A DNA stretch of 64,000 nt from an uncultured Planctomycetaceae bacterium (lineage in GTDB: Bacteria; Planctomycetota; Planctomycetia; Isosphaerales; Isosphaeraceae): positions 5,728,001-5,792,000 of the forward strand of contig CAWIAD010000002.1 in the NCBI GenBank assembly GCA_963833985.1, written 5' to 3'. Positions 20,711 to 30,203 of this stretch are shown in pieces. The notes below the pieces were generated by a model, which did no database searches, was not told the DNA's origin, and saw nothing but the letters and a program-made list of their open reading frames with translations. The translations under genes were made by a program, and so were the position numbers. Each line of letters starts with the position of its first letter. Within the stretch, counting starts at the first letter, position 1.

Positions 20711-21832
20711 TCACGGCTCCAGGAACTCTCGGGTCAAACGGGTGAAGGTGATGTACTGATAGCCGTGGGTGACGCCTCGCTCCCAGAGCAGGCCGACGCT
20801 CCGGTCCTTGAGGATCGTCAGGTCGGAATACGCGGCCGGGCCGGCGGAGATCGATCGTTCCACGGGGAAGGTCAGGCCCTCGTCGTAGCTGATCCGCAAG
20901 ACAAGGTTCTGCCGATCCGGACCTTTCGGCCCGGTCCAGATCATCCGGTCGCGATCGTCGCCAGACGCTTTCAGCGTGTAGCGCTCGATGGCGCAAGCGA
21001 CCGGTGTGACGGGGAGTCCGGGCCGGATGTCTGACCAGGTCGTGCCGCCGTCGCGGCTGGACGACTGGTACCGGCGCTTGTCGGTTTCCATCCGCAGGTC
21101 CATGAGCAGATCTCCGCCGGCACACTCGACGAGCTGGCATTCGTTGCCGCCGATACCCTCGATGAGGGAAGAACGCTGCCAGCTCTTGCCTTGGTCGTCG
21201 CTGTACAGGGCAAAGCTCATGAAAGGCTCGAACTTCCAGCACGGGGCCACGAGCCGGCCTGTCCGGGTCTGGATCATCCCCCCCGGCCCGGCCACGGTGA
21301 CGCGCCACCTGGGGTCGCCGAAATCCCGCGAGACACGGGTCAGGTCGATCGGCTCCGACCAGGTCAACCCGTTGTCGTCGCTGGTGCGCGCGAGTTGCTG
21401 CGAGTCGTCGGTGCCGGGACGGGCCGCGTCGGGGTTGCAGCCCGGCTTGCACCGCATGTAGAGCAACCAGACACGACCGTTCGTGCGGTCAACCAGGGTG
21501 GCCGGATTGCCGGCCGACCAGAGCTCGCCGGGATCCTCGATCACCTTCATCGGCGACCAGGTCTTGCCGCCGTCCGTGCTCCGCCGGGAAACCAGATCGA
21601 TGTCCTGACCCTTGAAACCCGGGTCGCCCAGGTGGTTCTTGCGTGCCTCCGCGAAGGCCAGCAGCGAGCCATCCGGTGCGGTCTCGATGGCCGGGATACG
21701 ATAGCCAAAGTAACCGCCGGTGTGCTCGACGAACAAATCGATTCCTGCCGGCGGCCCCTCCGCCCGCGCTGGCACCGTCAGGATGAGGGCGAGGACGACG
21801 ACGATCTGAAGTATCTGGATCACGCGCCGCAT
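20711..21832 (-). CDS. Sialidase family protein (GH33, BNR/Asp-box)
   Basis: Signal peptide, YRIPA motif and five Asp boxes (STDGGKTW, SDDNGLTW, SDDQGKSW, SRDGGTTW, SYDEGLTF); AYSDL. Confidence 0.93.
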   Translation of the reverse strand: MRRVIQILQIVVVLALILTVPARAEGPPAGIDLFVEHTGGYFGYRIPAIETAPDGSLLAFAEARKNHLGDPGFKGQDIDLVSRRSTDGGKTWSPMKVIEDPGELWSAGNPATLVDRTNGRVWLLYMRCKPGCNPDAARPGTDDSQQLARTSDDNGLTWSEPIDLTRVSRDFGDPRWRVTVAGPGGMIQTRTGRLVAPCWKFEPFMSFALYSDDQGKSWQRSSLIEGIGGNECQLVECAGGDLLMDLRMETDKRRYQSSSRDGGTTWSDIRPGLPVTPVACAIERYTLKASGDDRDRMIWTGPKGPDRQNLVLRISYDEGLTFPVERSISAGPAAYSDLTILKDRSVGLLWERGVTHGYQYITFTRLTREFLEP

Positions 21833-22030
21833 GGCTGCCACTCCCGCGCTCGCACGTTCGTGATGGTCTTCCTCACTCGATCCTGACCGGGGGGAAGCCG
21901 GCTTTCAACGGCCCAGCCAGCGGTTATCAAGCTGCATGCGGCCGCTGGTGGAGCTTCGTCCCAGCGCAGCACCGGCGCTGAACTTCGTACCCCCAGTTCC
22001 AATCCGGTCCGCCATGCCGGGGTCGGTGGG

Positions 22031-24190
22031 TCATCGAGCGTTCACGGGCTCACTCAAGCTCTCCAGCCCAGCCACATTGAGGAACCGGTTCGATGACGCG
22101 GGCGGTTTCTCGACAAGCAGGCGGATGCGGAGGGTGTGGCGGCCGGGGGCGAGGCCGCGCTGGGTCCAGTCGAACGGCAATTCGCGGCCGGGTCCGTATT
22201 GATCGACGGTGGCGACCACCTTGCCGTCGATGGAAACCTCGGCCGTGCCGGCATCGTCGAACCGGTAGCCCAGCCATCGCACGCCGGTCCCTTCAAACGA
22301 GCCCTCGGCGGTGGCGCCCACCTCGTTGCTGAAGCGGAAGACCCCGGCGTTGCTCCAGTGACCGGTGAAAGTCAGGTCGGCATGCGGGATGCGCTGGCCC
22401 ATGGTGGGGTCGAGATAGACGAAGTAACGCTGGGCGGGACCATAGGCGGCAAAGGGGCGGGCGAGCACGTCAGGCTTGCCGGCCAGGCGATAGTGCAAGG
22501 GCTTGCCGGCGACCGGTTCGAGCTGCCGCTCGATCGTCGTGAACTCCAGGTTCCGCAGCACCCGGGCGCTCGGGGCCTCGAACGCCAGCACGACGGGGCC
22601 AAGAAGAATGGCGGCGGGCTTCGCGTGAGCGGGGCTCAGGCGGGATTGTGCAAGCTTCATCGGCAAGCGCACGGAGAAGACGTCGCCGCTCTGCCAGCGC
22701 CGGCGCAGCCCTGCCCAGTGCCGGTCGCTCGCGTGCAGGCTCACAGCCTCGCCATTGACCTTCGCCTCGATCGGTGCGGCCAGCCAGCCCGGTACGCGAA
22801 AGCGGATGCTCAGCTCCACGGGCCCGGACACCGTGACCCTGAGACGCACCTCGTCGCTGGCCGGAAACGCGGTGCTCTGGGTCACCTTGACCAATTCATT
22901 GCCCTGTTTCCAGGCGACCGTCGCGGGCGTGAAGAGATTGACGTAGAGGCCGTCCGCGTCGCGGAAATAGACGAGATCCGTCATGTCGGCCACGGCCTGA
23001 GGCCGGGTCCCCGTGCAGCACGACCAGCCGAAGTCGGTGTTCCGCTTGGTCGCACCGTGCAGGTTGTAGTCCGAGTAGTAGAACACATGCCCGTCGGGCG
23101 TCATGGGGATGCCGGCGCAGAGACCGTTGTGAACCAGTTGCTCGATCCAGTCGCCGTAGGTTGCGTCGCCCGTGAATGTGATCAGGTATTTGGCCAGCTT
23201 GAAGACGGCCCAGGAACCGCACTGGGTCTCGAACGAGTTGTGAGTCAGGTCGAGCTTCTCCCGCAGCCTGTCGGCCGGCAGCAACTGCTCGTCGGGCCCG
23301 AAACCGCCGGTGGCGAAGCACTGGTGCTTGTGCAGAAAGACGTAAGCGTTGCGAAGGATGTCGAGGTCATGCGGGTTGCCCGTCACGCGATAGGCGGCCC
23401 CTGCTCCACCCAGGGTGTTGACGTGGCTATAAGCATGGTACGAGGTATTGTGCTGGCCGTCCGGCCGGGGTGCGAAGATGTCGCCCTGGCGCGCGTAAAT
23501 CTCCCAGTAGTCCCGGTACTCCCAGACCCTGGCGAATTCACGGTACTTCTGCTGGCCGGTGGCCAGATAGGCACGGTACAGGTTCTCGCTGAGCGTGTAC
23601 CATTCGGTGGAAGTGTCATTGACGCGGCGCGTGCGATCAAGGTGCTTGATGGCCCAGTCGGTGATCCGTTCCAGGTACCCTAGCGCCTCGGTGTTGCCGC
23701 AATACGCGTGGGCGTCGAGCAGGCCCCAGAGCATCTTGTCATAGATATAATGGGGCGCGTTCGGCTTGCGCGAGGCATAAAAGTAACCGTCCGGCTCAAT
23801 GCATGTGGCCCATTCGGATATCAGCCGGTTGGCCTTGTCGCGGCACGCCGGGTCGCCCGTGGCGGCGTATAGCCGGGCCAGGCCGGAGACGACCTGGCCG
23901 AAGACGTGGAACGTGTCGGAGCTGTACCAGCCTCCCAGGTCCTTGCCGGGCGCGGGTTTCCCGGCCCTGGTCCGGAAGCCCTTCAACAGGTCGTCATCGG
24001 AGATCGTCAGATAGAAGGCGCGGGTCTCGTCGACCTGCTGCTTGAGCGGGCCGTCGTCGAGTCGCACACCGCGATAGTCAAAGGGCTCGATGATCCGTGC
24101 ACCGGCCGGCTGGAAGGCCCTGCCGGCTGGGTCGTCGCCGGGAGAAACGGCCAGCAGACAGCATGCCAGGAGGGCGGTGGTGGGGCTCAT
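22031..24190 (-). CDS. GH127/GH146 beta-L-arabinofuranosidase-like protein with C-terminal beta-sandwich
   Basis: HAYSHVN, FATGG, FETQC, WSCCTGT, LYVNLF and FRVPGW motifs. Confidence 0.88.
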   Translation of the reverse strand: MSPTTALLACCLLAVSPGDDPAGRAFQPAGARIIEPFDYRGVRLDDGPLKQQVDETRAFYLTISDDDLLKGFRTRAGKPAPGKDLGGWYSSDTFHVFGQVVSGLARLYAATGDPACRDKANRLISEWATCIEPDGYFYASRKPNAPHYIYDKMLWGLLDAHAYCGNTEALGYLERITDWAIKHLDRTRRVNDTSTEWYTLSENLYRAYLATGQQKYREFARVWEYRDYWEIYARQGDIFAPRPDGQHNTSYHAYSHVNTLGGAGAAYRVTGNPHDLDILRNAYVFLHKHQCFATGGFGPDEQLLPADRLREKLDLTHNSFETQCGSWAVFKLAKYLITFTGDATYGDWIEQLVHNGLCAGIPMTPDGHVFYYSDYNLHGATKRNTDFGWSCCTGTRPQAVADMTDLVYFRDADGLYVNLFTPATVAWKQGNELVKVTQSTAFPASDEVRLRVTVSGPVELSIRFRVPGWLAAPIEAKVNGEAVSLHASDRHWAGLRRRWQSGDVFSVRLPMKLAQSRLSPAHAKPAAILLGPVVLAFEAPSARVLRNLEFTTIERQLEPVAGKPLHYRLAGKPDVLARPFAAYGPAQRYFVYLDPTMGQRIPHADLTFTGHWSNAGVFRFSNEVGATAEGSFEGTGVRWLGYRFDDAGTAEVSIDGKVVATVDQYGPGRELPFDWTQRGLAPGRHTLRIRLLVEKPPASSNRFLNVAGLESLSEPVNAR

Positions 24191-24468
24191 TTGCGGGCGC
24201 TTCCGGTGATTGCAGTTCCTCGGTGCGGTCTGGCTCAATGCCCGCGATCATACGACCACCAATTTCGATTGCAACGCACTACCGGGCTCGTTGCCCATCC
24301 ATTGCGGGCCGCGAAAATCACAAAACGCGACAAGGGGACAGGGAGGATCGGAGTCATCCACGGTCGCGACCTGAAAACGAAGCGGCCGCTGACGTTCTCC
24401 ACGCCAGCGGCCGCATTCAGCCCCCATTCTTCAGGCAATCTGGTACGAAGAGTCGACTCGAGAATGGA

Positions 24469-26544
24469 TCACGCCGGCCGGATGTGTGGCGAGCGCCTCT
24501 GGATCCGGTTGGATCGGCCCACGAGAACGCGATAGCCGCCCGCGGCCAGCACCGCGGTTCCGGCGAGTGCCGCCATGGCGCCGGAGCCAGAGCCCGTCAC
24601 GGAGGCTTGCTCCGAAAACGCTGGGGCCGGCGTCAACTCAAGGCGGTGGGGAAGGCTCACGCCGACCTGTGCCAGAGCCTCGTCGCGCAGCGCTTGCGCA
24701 GGATCGCCCGCGGGTTCGTCCGTCCCGGGTGTCATGGGAACTGCGGGGGCTTCGGCCGGAACCGCTTCGGTCGCCGGAGCCGAGTTCTGGTCAATCGCCG
24801 GAGCCGAGTTCTGATCAGCCGCGGGAGCCGTGTTCTGCTGAGCGGCTGGGGCGGCGGGGGGCGCGACGACCGGCACCGGGGGAGCGGCCTGGTCCGCAAG
24901 GGGCGTGCTGGTTTCGGTCGAGGCGTCGATCACCAGGCTGGGTGCGGGAGTGGAGACGGCCGCCGACACGCTTTGCCCGAGTGAGGCCGACGGAGTGGTG
25001 CTCGAGCTGCTCGCCGTTGCGCTTGCCTGGGACTGCGTTGAAACCACGGTCTGTGCCGTGGTGAAGCCCGAAGGCGTCGTCACGAGTGCCTGGATCGCGA
25101 GGCCGCTCGACGTCGTGGTGCCGCTGGCCAGACCACTGGCGACCAGGCCGGCGACGGTTGCTGGCGGAGCCGATGGTGCCGCAACGAGATCATACCGCGA
25201 CGCGGATCCGCTGACGTGGGCGGACGATGCTGTCACGGCAGCCTGTGCCGTGGTTGTTGGTGTGGTCGTCGAGACGCCGTTCTCGCTGAGGATGCCGGCG
25301 ATCACCAGGTTCGCCCGCGGCGAGCCCAGGCCGGTGACCAGGTCGTAACCGGTACCGGCGGAGTAGCCGTTGAAACCGCTGGTGACGTCATTGTAGAACG
25401 ACTTGGGCAGCGCGTAGAGATCGTTGAGCGCCTGCTGGTTGGCGAGTGTTCCCTTTCCGCCCTGTACCAGGCCCTGGTTGGCGACCGCAATCAGCCCCGC
25501 CCAGGCCGGAGTGGCGGCGCTGGTGCCGCCAACCTGAAACCAGCCGGACTGGCCGCCGTTGGGTATCGAGTCGTAGACCGGCACACCCGTGTTGGGGTCT
25601 GCATTCAAGGCCACGTCCGGCGTGGTCCGGACACCATAGCTGAGCCCCGCGGCCTGGAGCGACGCGTTCTGGTACGCAGGCTGCGGCTCGTAGCTCCTCC
25701 AGGACGTGTCGTAACCGCTGAACCCGCCTGTGCTGTACGTCCACCCAGATTCGCCGTTGTAGGCGTTGGTGGAGGTCAGGTTGAGCGTGGTGCCTCCGAC
25801 GGCCAGCACGTTCGGCGAGACCGACGGGTAGGACGGGCCGGACCACGCGCCCGAATCTCCCGAAGCGGCGACGAACGTCACGCCGATATGCCCGGCGGGC
25901 GTTGTGAACAGGCTGTCGTAGGAAGCTTCGCCGTAGAACTCGTTGGTTCCCCAGCTCATCGAGACAACGCTGACGTTGGGCAGGCTCTTGGCGACGCTGA
26001 CCGCGTTGAAAAGGTCGCTGAAGCTGGCCGAGGGGGCTTCAACGAGGTCGATGTAGGCCGCCGGCGCCATGGTATGGGCCCATTCCACGTCCAATGCGGT
26101 CTCCAGGGCCCAACCCGAGTCCGTCGTGGTGGCGCCCAGGTTCACGACATTCAGGGCCGCCGGGGCAGGCAAGCCGGTCTGGCGGTCGAAGGCGGCCAGG
26201 TCGGCGGCGATGTTGGGGTCGTTATAGGCGGTGACGATGGCAATGGTCTGACCTGCGCCATAGCCGCCGACCGTTCCGCCAGCGAACTTGACCTGCGGAA
26301 GGCCATAAGCGCTGCGGATGGCGCCGGGGGTCAATCCGGTGAGGCCGGTGACGGCCATCGGCTGGACAACCAGGTTCGGCTGGGCCGTGATCTGGCTGAG
26401 ATTCGGAGTGGACGTTGCGGCCGTCGAGAGCAGTTGCCGGCCTTCGAGCGTTTCGCAATCGAGCGTCAGGCGGGTGCGATTCGGAGCGCGGAACTGGGCG
26501 ACCGCGCCGGAACGCGATCGCGCGGCAAGTCTCCAGTCACTCAT
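24469..26544 (-). CDS. S53 (sedolisin/kumamolisin) peptidase with planctomycete extracellular motif
   Basis: ETLEGRQLLS, ETALDVEW, ASGDSG, GGTSAATP and GYDLVTGLGSP; low-complexity tail. Confidence 0.92.
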   Translation of the reverse strand: MSDWRLAARSRSGAVAQFRAPNRTRLTLDCETLEGRQLLSTAATSTPNLSQITAQPNLVVQPMAVTGLTGLTPGAIRSAYGLPQVKFAGGTVGGYGAGQTIAIVTAYNDPNIAADLAAFDRQTGLPAPAALNVVNLGATTTDSGWALETALDVEWAHTMAPAAYIDLVEAPSASFSDLFNAVSVAKSLPNVSVVSMSWGTNEFYGEASYDSLFTTPAGHIGVTFVAASGDSGAWSGPSYPSVSPNVLAVGGTTLNLTSTNAYNGESGWTYSTGGFSGYDTSWRSYEPQPAYQNASLQAAGLSYGVRTTPDVALNADPNTGVPVYDSIPNGGQSGWFQVGGTSAATPAWAGLIAVANQGLVQGGKGTLANQQALNDLYALPKSFYNDVTSGFNGYSAGTGYDLVTGLGSPRANLVIAGILSENGVSTTTPTTTAQAAVTASSAHVSGSASRYDLVAAPSAPPATVAGLVASGLASGTTTSSGLAIQALVTTPSGFTTAQTVVSTQSQASATASSSSTTPSASLGQSVSAAVSTPAPSLVIDASTETSTPLADQAAPPVPVVAPPAAPAAQQNTAPAADQNSAPAIDQNSAPATEAVPAEAPAVPMTPGTDEPAGDPAQALRDEALAQVGVSLPHRLELTPAPAFSEQASVTGSGSGAMAALAGTAVLAAGGYRVLVGRSNRIQRRSPHIRPA
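24773..24844. repeat. Three imperfect 24-bp tandem coding repeats
   Basis: gccggagccgagttctggtcaatc / gccggagccgagttctgatcagcc / gcgggagccgtgttctgctgagcg, encoding xxQN[ST]APA. Confidence 0.8.
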
Positions 26545-26762
26545 TGATGAACCTCATCGAGATGTCGGCACCAGGAGCGGAGGTAGTCGTTCAGAGACCG
26601 TCGGCGGGTTGAAGCCTCTCAGTGTGTCGCTTGCCGCAACCCCTCTAAAGTAGAACACGCAACTGCGGGCCAGAGGCGCGCGCGGTTCGTGGTTGAGCAG
26701 ATCCCCGAACGGTTTTCTGAACAAGGACCTCGGAATTGACAGCGCCAGGTGGTGTGCCGGCG

Positions 26763-27533
26763 TCATCCCAGCTCGGCGACCGGTATATGTGCCACGCTTT
26801 CAAACACGTGCGTCGGGCGATACGGGTAGGTTTCGATGAGCTCGCGGCTGGTGACGCCAGAGAGGACGAGGATGGTCTTCATGCCGGCCTCCGTGCCCGC
26901 AATGATGTCTGTATCCATCCGATCACCCACCATGAAGGCCTCGGCTGGACCGACCTGCAAGGTTCCCAGCGCCGTCCACATCATGAGCGGGTTTGGTTTG
27001 CCCACGAAATAGGGTTTCTTCCCCGTGGCGAGCTCGATGGGCGCCACCAGGGCTCCGCAGGCGGGGGTGATGCCCAGCTCGGTGGGACCGGTCAGGTCGG
27101 GATTGGTGGCGATGAACCGAGCGCCCTTGAGAATGAGGCGGACCGCGCGCTCGATCTTCTCGTAGTCATAGCTGCGGGTCTCGCCCACGACTACGTAATC
27201 GGGATTGTGCTCGGTGAGAGTGAATCCCACGCTGTAAAGGGCATGCGTCAGCCCCGCCCCGCCGATGACGTATGCGGTCCCGCCCGGTTTCTGTCGGCCC
27301 AGGAACTCCGCGGTGGCCAGCGCCGAGGTGTGGAAGGCGGCTTCATCGACCGAGATCCCCATCTGCTCGAGCTTGTGCTTCAGGTCGCGCGGGGTCCACT
27401 GGCTGTTGTTGGTCACAAAGAGGAATCTGTGCCCCCGCGACTGGAGGGTTTGCACGAACTCGACTGCGCCGGGGATCAACCTGCTGCCATGATAAATCAC
27501 GCCATCCATATCGCATACATAGCTCATCGGCAT
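26763..27533 (-). CDS. nagD: HAD-IIA family phosphatase
   Basis: CDMDGVIY, VTNNS, ATNPD, GKPNP and VGDRMDTDI motifs. Confidence 0.92.
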   Translation of the reverse strand: MPMSYVCDMDGVIYHGSRLIPGAVEFVQTLQSRGHRFLFVTNNSQWTPRDLKHKLEQMGISVDEAAFHTSALATAEFLGRQKPGGTAYVIGGAGLTHALYSVGFTLTEHNPDYVVVGETRSYDYEKIERAVRLILKGARFIATNPDLTGPTELGITPACGALVAPIELATGKKPYFVGKPNPLMMWTALGTLQVGPAEAFMVGDRMDTDIIAGTEAGMKTILVLSGVTSRELIETYPYRPTHVFESVAHIPVAELG

Positions 27534-27659
27534 CGGTGCTGTCTCCTGGTCGCAGAGGCGAACCGAGTCTCCGCGACGCGGCTTTTCGGTCGCTGCGCTT
27601 CATGATAAGATCCCTGAAACCTGCTCACAACCTCGACGAGCGCGGCACTCGAGACTGCC

Positions 27660-28064
27660 ATGATGGATGAGCGGAAGCGCCCTGGATTCCAGTTCTCGGT
27701 GAGGTCGCTGATGCTCGCGACGGCGGCAGGCGCCCTGCTGCTCACGCCGGTGGCCTGGGTGGCACGTGAACGGCGGCAGTTGCTGCAAGCCCAGCATGCC
27801 ATCCTGGCTGCACGCGAGACGGCCCTGCGTTCGGCCGTCCGCGAGGAGCAGAGGCGGCTCCGGCAGACAAAGTCACCTCCGGGAGAAACGTCCCCGCCGG
27901 CACCATCCGGCCCGAGCCTTGCTCTGCCGGGTGTGGAGAAGCTGCCGGCAGACGATCAACTGCGCGATGAGAACGTGCATCTCCGGCGGCAGGTTGAACA
28001 GCTTCGCCGCGAAGTGGAACGGCTCAAGCACGCGGCCGCACCGCCCGGCAACCCAAAACGATGA
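27660..28064 (+). CDS. Hypothetical membrane-anchored coiled-coil protein
   Basis: FQFSVRSLML N-terminus typical of planctomycetes, one TM segment, coiled-coil C-terminus. Confidence 0.7.
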   Translation: MMDERKRPGFQFSVRSLMLATAAGALLLTPVAWVARERRQLLQAQHAILAARETALRSAVREEQRRLRQTKSPPGETSPPAPSGPSLALPGVEKLPADDQLRDENVHLRRQVEQLRREVERLKHAAAPPGNPKR

Positions 28065-28274
28065 TCCGGTGAGTTCTCGGTGAACTTCCATGCGATCGAT
28101 CGTATCTCTTTGCCGCGAATGAGGCTTGTTCGGCGCGTCCGAGCATGGCGCGGCGAGCGGCCCAGGCGATCGTCCGTGCCGGGCTCGGTTCTCCCAGGGT
28201 GTCGCCAGCACCATCGCCGCCAGGGACCCGGATCCAGGCCGTTCTGATCCTCTTGAAAATCAGCGAGATGTCCC

Positions 28275-30173
28275 ATGGTTCCCCTGCTGCTCACCACGAT
28301 CTGTGCGATCCAGGCGCCAGGCGGCTTCCCGGCCGAGACCGGTCAAAAGCCGCACCCGTCGGTGCTCAAGGTTGACCCGCCGTCGTGGTGGCCCGGGCAC
28401 ACCATCAACCCGGTCCGGCTGCTGATCCGCGGCAGGCACCTCGGCGGTGCTCGGCTGCTCTCGAGCCGGCGCGACATCGGCATCCAGGACGTGTCCGTCA
28501 ATGCTTCCGGCACGTACCTCTTCGCGAGTCTGCGTATCGACGCGGGAGCCGCCCCGGGCGACCTGGCCTTGCGGCTACAGACCGATGGCGGCGAGGCTGA
28601 GGTTCCCTTCCGTCTCGAGCCGCCCTGGAACTCCAACACCTTTCAGGGTGCCCGCGGTATCACCGCCGATGATGTCATCTACCTGATCATGACCGACCGT
28701 TTCAGCGACGGCGATGCCGCGAACAACGTGCCGGCCGGCGCTCCGGCTCAGGCGACGGATCGCGGCCAGCCCAGGGGGTATCACGGCGGAGATTTCCGAG
28801 GTGTGATTGCCCGGCTGCCTTACCTTCAAGAGCTGGGCATCACAGCGCTCTGGCTGACACCCTGGTACGACAACTGGAATGGCTTTTACGAATGCGACAA
28901 GCCCTGGTGCCCGTACAGCTATTACCACGGCTATCACGCGGTGGATCACTACGCCGTCGAGGACCACTTCGGGACGCTCCAGACGCTTCGAGAGCTGGTG
29001 GGGCAGGCCCATTCCAGGGGCATCAAGGTGATCCAGGACCAGGTGTCCAACCAGGTGGGTTTGCATCATCCCTGGGTCAGCGAGCCCCCGCTGCCGGACT
29101 GGTTGCACGGCTCGCCCGATCGCCATCAGTCGAACCCGTTTCGCACCGAGTGGCTGTCGTCGCCGCACGCGGCCGCCGTTGATCGGGCTCGTGTGCTCGA
29201 CGGCTGGTTCAGCGCGGACTCGCCCGACCTCAACCAGGACGAGCCCGAAGTCGCCCGGTACCTCATCCAGAACGCGCTCTGGTGGGTGGCCGCGACCGGG
29301 ATCGACGGAATCCGTGAAGACACCGCGCAGTACGTACCGCGCCGTTATCTCCGCGACCTGACCGCGGCCTTGCACCGGCAGCATCCCCGAATCACGGTCG
29401 TGGGCGAGGTGCTCGATCTCGACCCGATCCACACGAGCTTTTACCTTGGCGGCCAAGCCGGCTGGGACGGCGTTGATACCGGGCTGGACTCGGTCTTTGA
29501 TTTCCCCTCCTGGGCCGTGGCCGTGAATGCGTTCTCCGGCAAGGCGCCGCTCCACGAGCTGAGGCGAGTCTTGCGGGCCGATCGGCTTTACCCCGACGCC
29601 GCGCGCCTCACGACCCTGACCAGCAACCACGATGTGCGCCGGTTTCCGAGCTGGCCGGGAGCCAGCCCCGATAAAGCCCGGCTGCAAATCGCCTTCACGC
29701 TCGCGCTGCGGGGGATCCCGCAGCTCTACTACGGCGATGAAATCGGCCTTGCCGGCAACGATGACCCGGACAACCGCCGAGACTTCCCCGGCGGTTTCGC
29801 GGGCGACCCGAAGAGCGCCTTCTCCGCGTCGGGACGGACTCCGGACCAGCAGCGCCTCTGGGCCTGGACTCGGGATTGGATCGCCCTTCGCCGGAACCAT
29901 GCGGCCCTCCGCCGTGGCGGGCTGACCGATCTCGACTCCGGACCCGACCACTACGTCTTCGCCCGCAGCGACGCCAGGGAGACGATCGTGATCGCGCTCC
30001 ATCGAGGCGACCGGCCGACCGTTGCGCGCTTCGCCACAGAAGCCCTCGGCGCCCGCGCGGGCATGTCTCTGTTTCCGATTCTGGGCGACGGCGGTCCGGT
30101 CCGTATCGAGGGCGGCCAGATCTCGCTACAACTCGCACCATGCAGCGCCACGGCTCTCGAGCTCAGACGATGA
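28275..30173 (+). CDS. GH13 alpha-amylase/cyclomaltodextrinase
   Basis: KVDPPSWW, IYLIMTDRF, YHGGDFRG, YHGY, GIREDT, GEV, NHD and YYGDEIG motifs. Confidence 0.93.
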   Translation: MVPLLLTTICAIQAPGGFPAETGQKPHPSVLKVDPPSWWPGHTINPVRLLIRGRHLGGARLLSSRRDIGIQDVSVNASGTYLFASLRIDAGAAPGDLALRLQTDGGEAEVPFRLEPPWNSNTFQGARGITADDVIYLIMTDRFSDGDAANNVPAGAPAQATDRGQPRGYHGGDFRGVIARLPYLQELGITALWLTPWYDNWNGFYECDKPWCPYSYYHGYHAVDHYAVEDHFGTLQTLRELVGQAHSRGIKVIQDQVSNQVGLHHPWVSEPPLPDWLHGSPDRHQSNPFRTEWLSSPHAAAVDRARVLDGWFSADSPDLNQDEPEVARYLIQNALWWVAATGIDGIREDTAQYVPRRYLRDLTAALHRQHPRITVVGEVLDLDPIHTSFYLGGQAGWDGVDTGLDSVFDFPSWAVAVNAFSGKAPLHELRRVLRADRLYPDAARLTTLTSNHDVRRFPSWPGASPDKARLQIAFTLALRGIPQLYYGDEIGLAGNDDPDNRRDFPGGFAGDPKSAFSASGRTPDQQRLWAWTRDWIALRRNHAALRRGGLTDLDSGPDHYVFARSDARETIVIALHRGDRPTVARFATEALGARAGMSLFPILGDGGPVRIEGGQISLQLAPCSATALELRR

Positions 30174-30203
30174 GCGGCACGAACACGCAGGAGGCATGCG
30201 ACC

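Noticed and set aside
24773..24844. Short tandem repeats as a CRISPR array
   Set aside because: In-frame coding repeats with no spacers and no cas genes.
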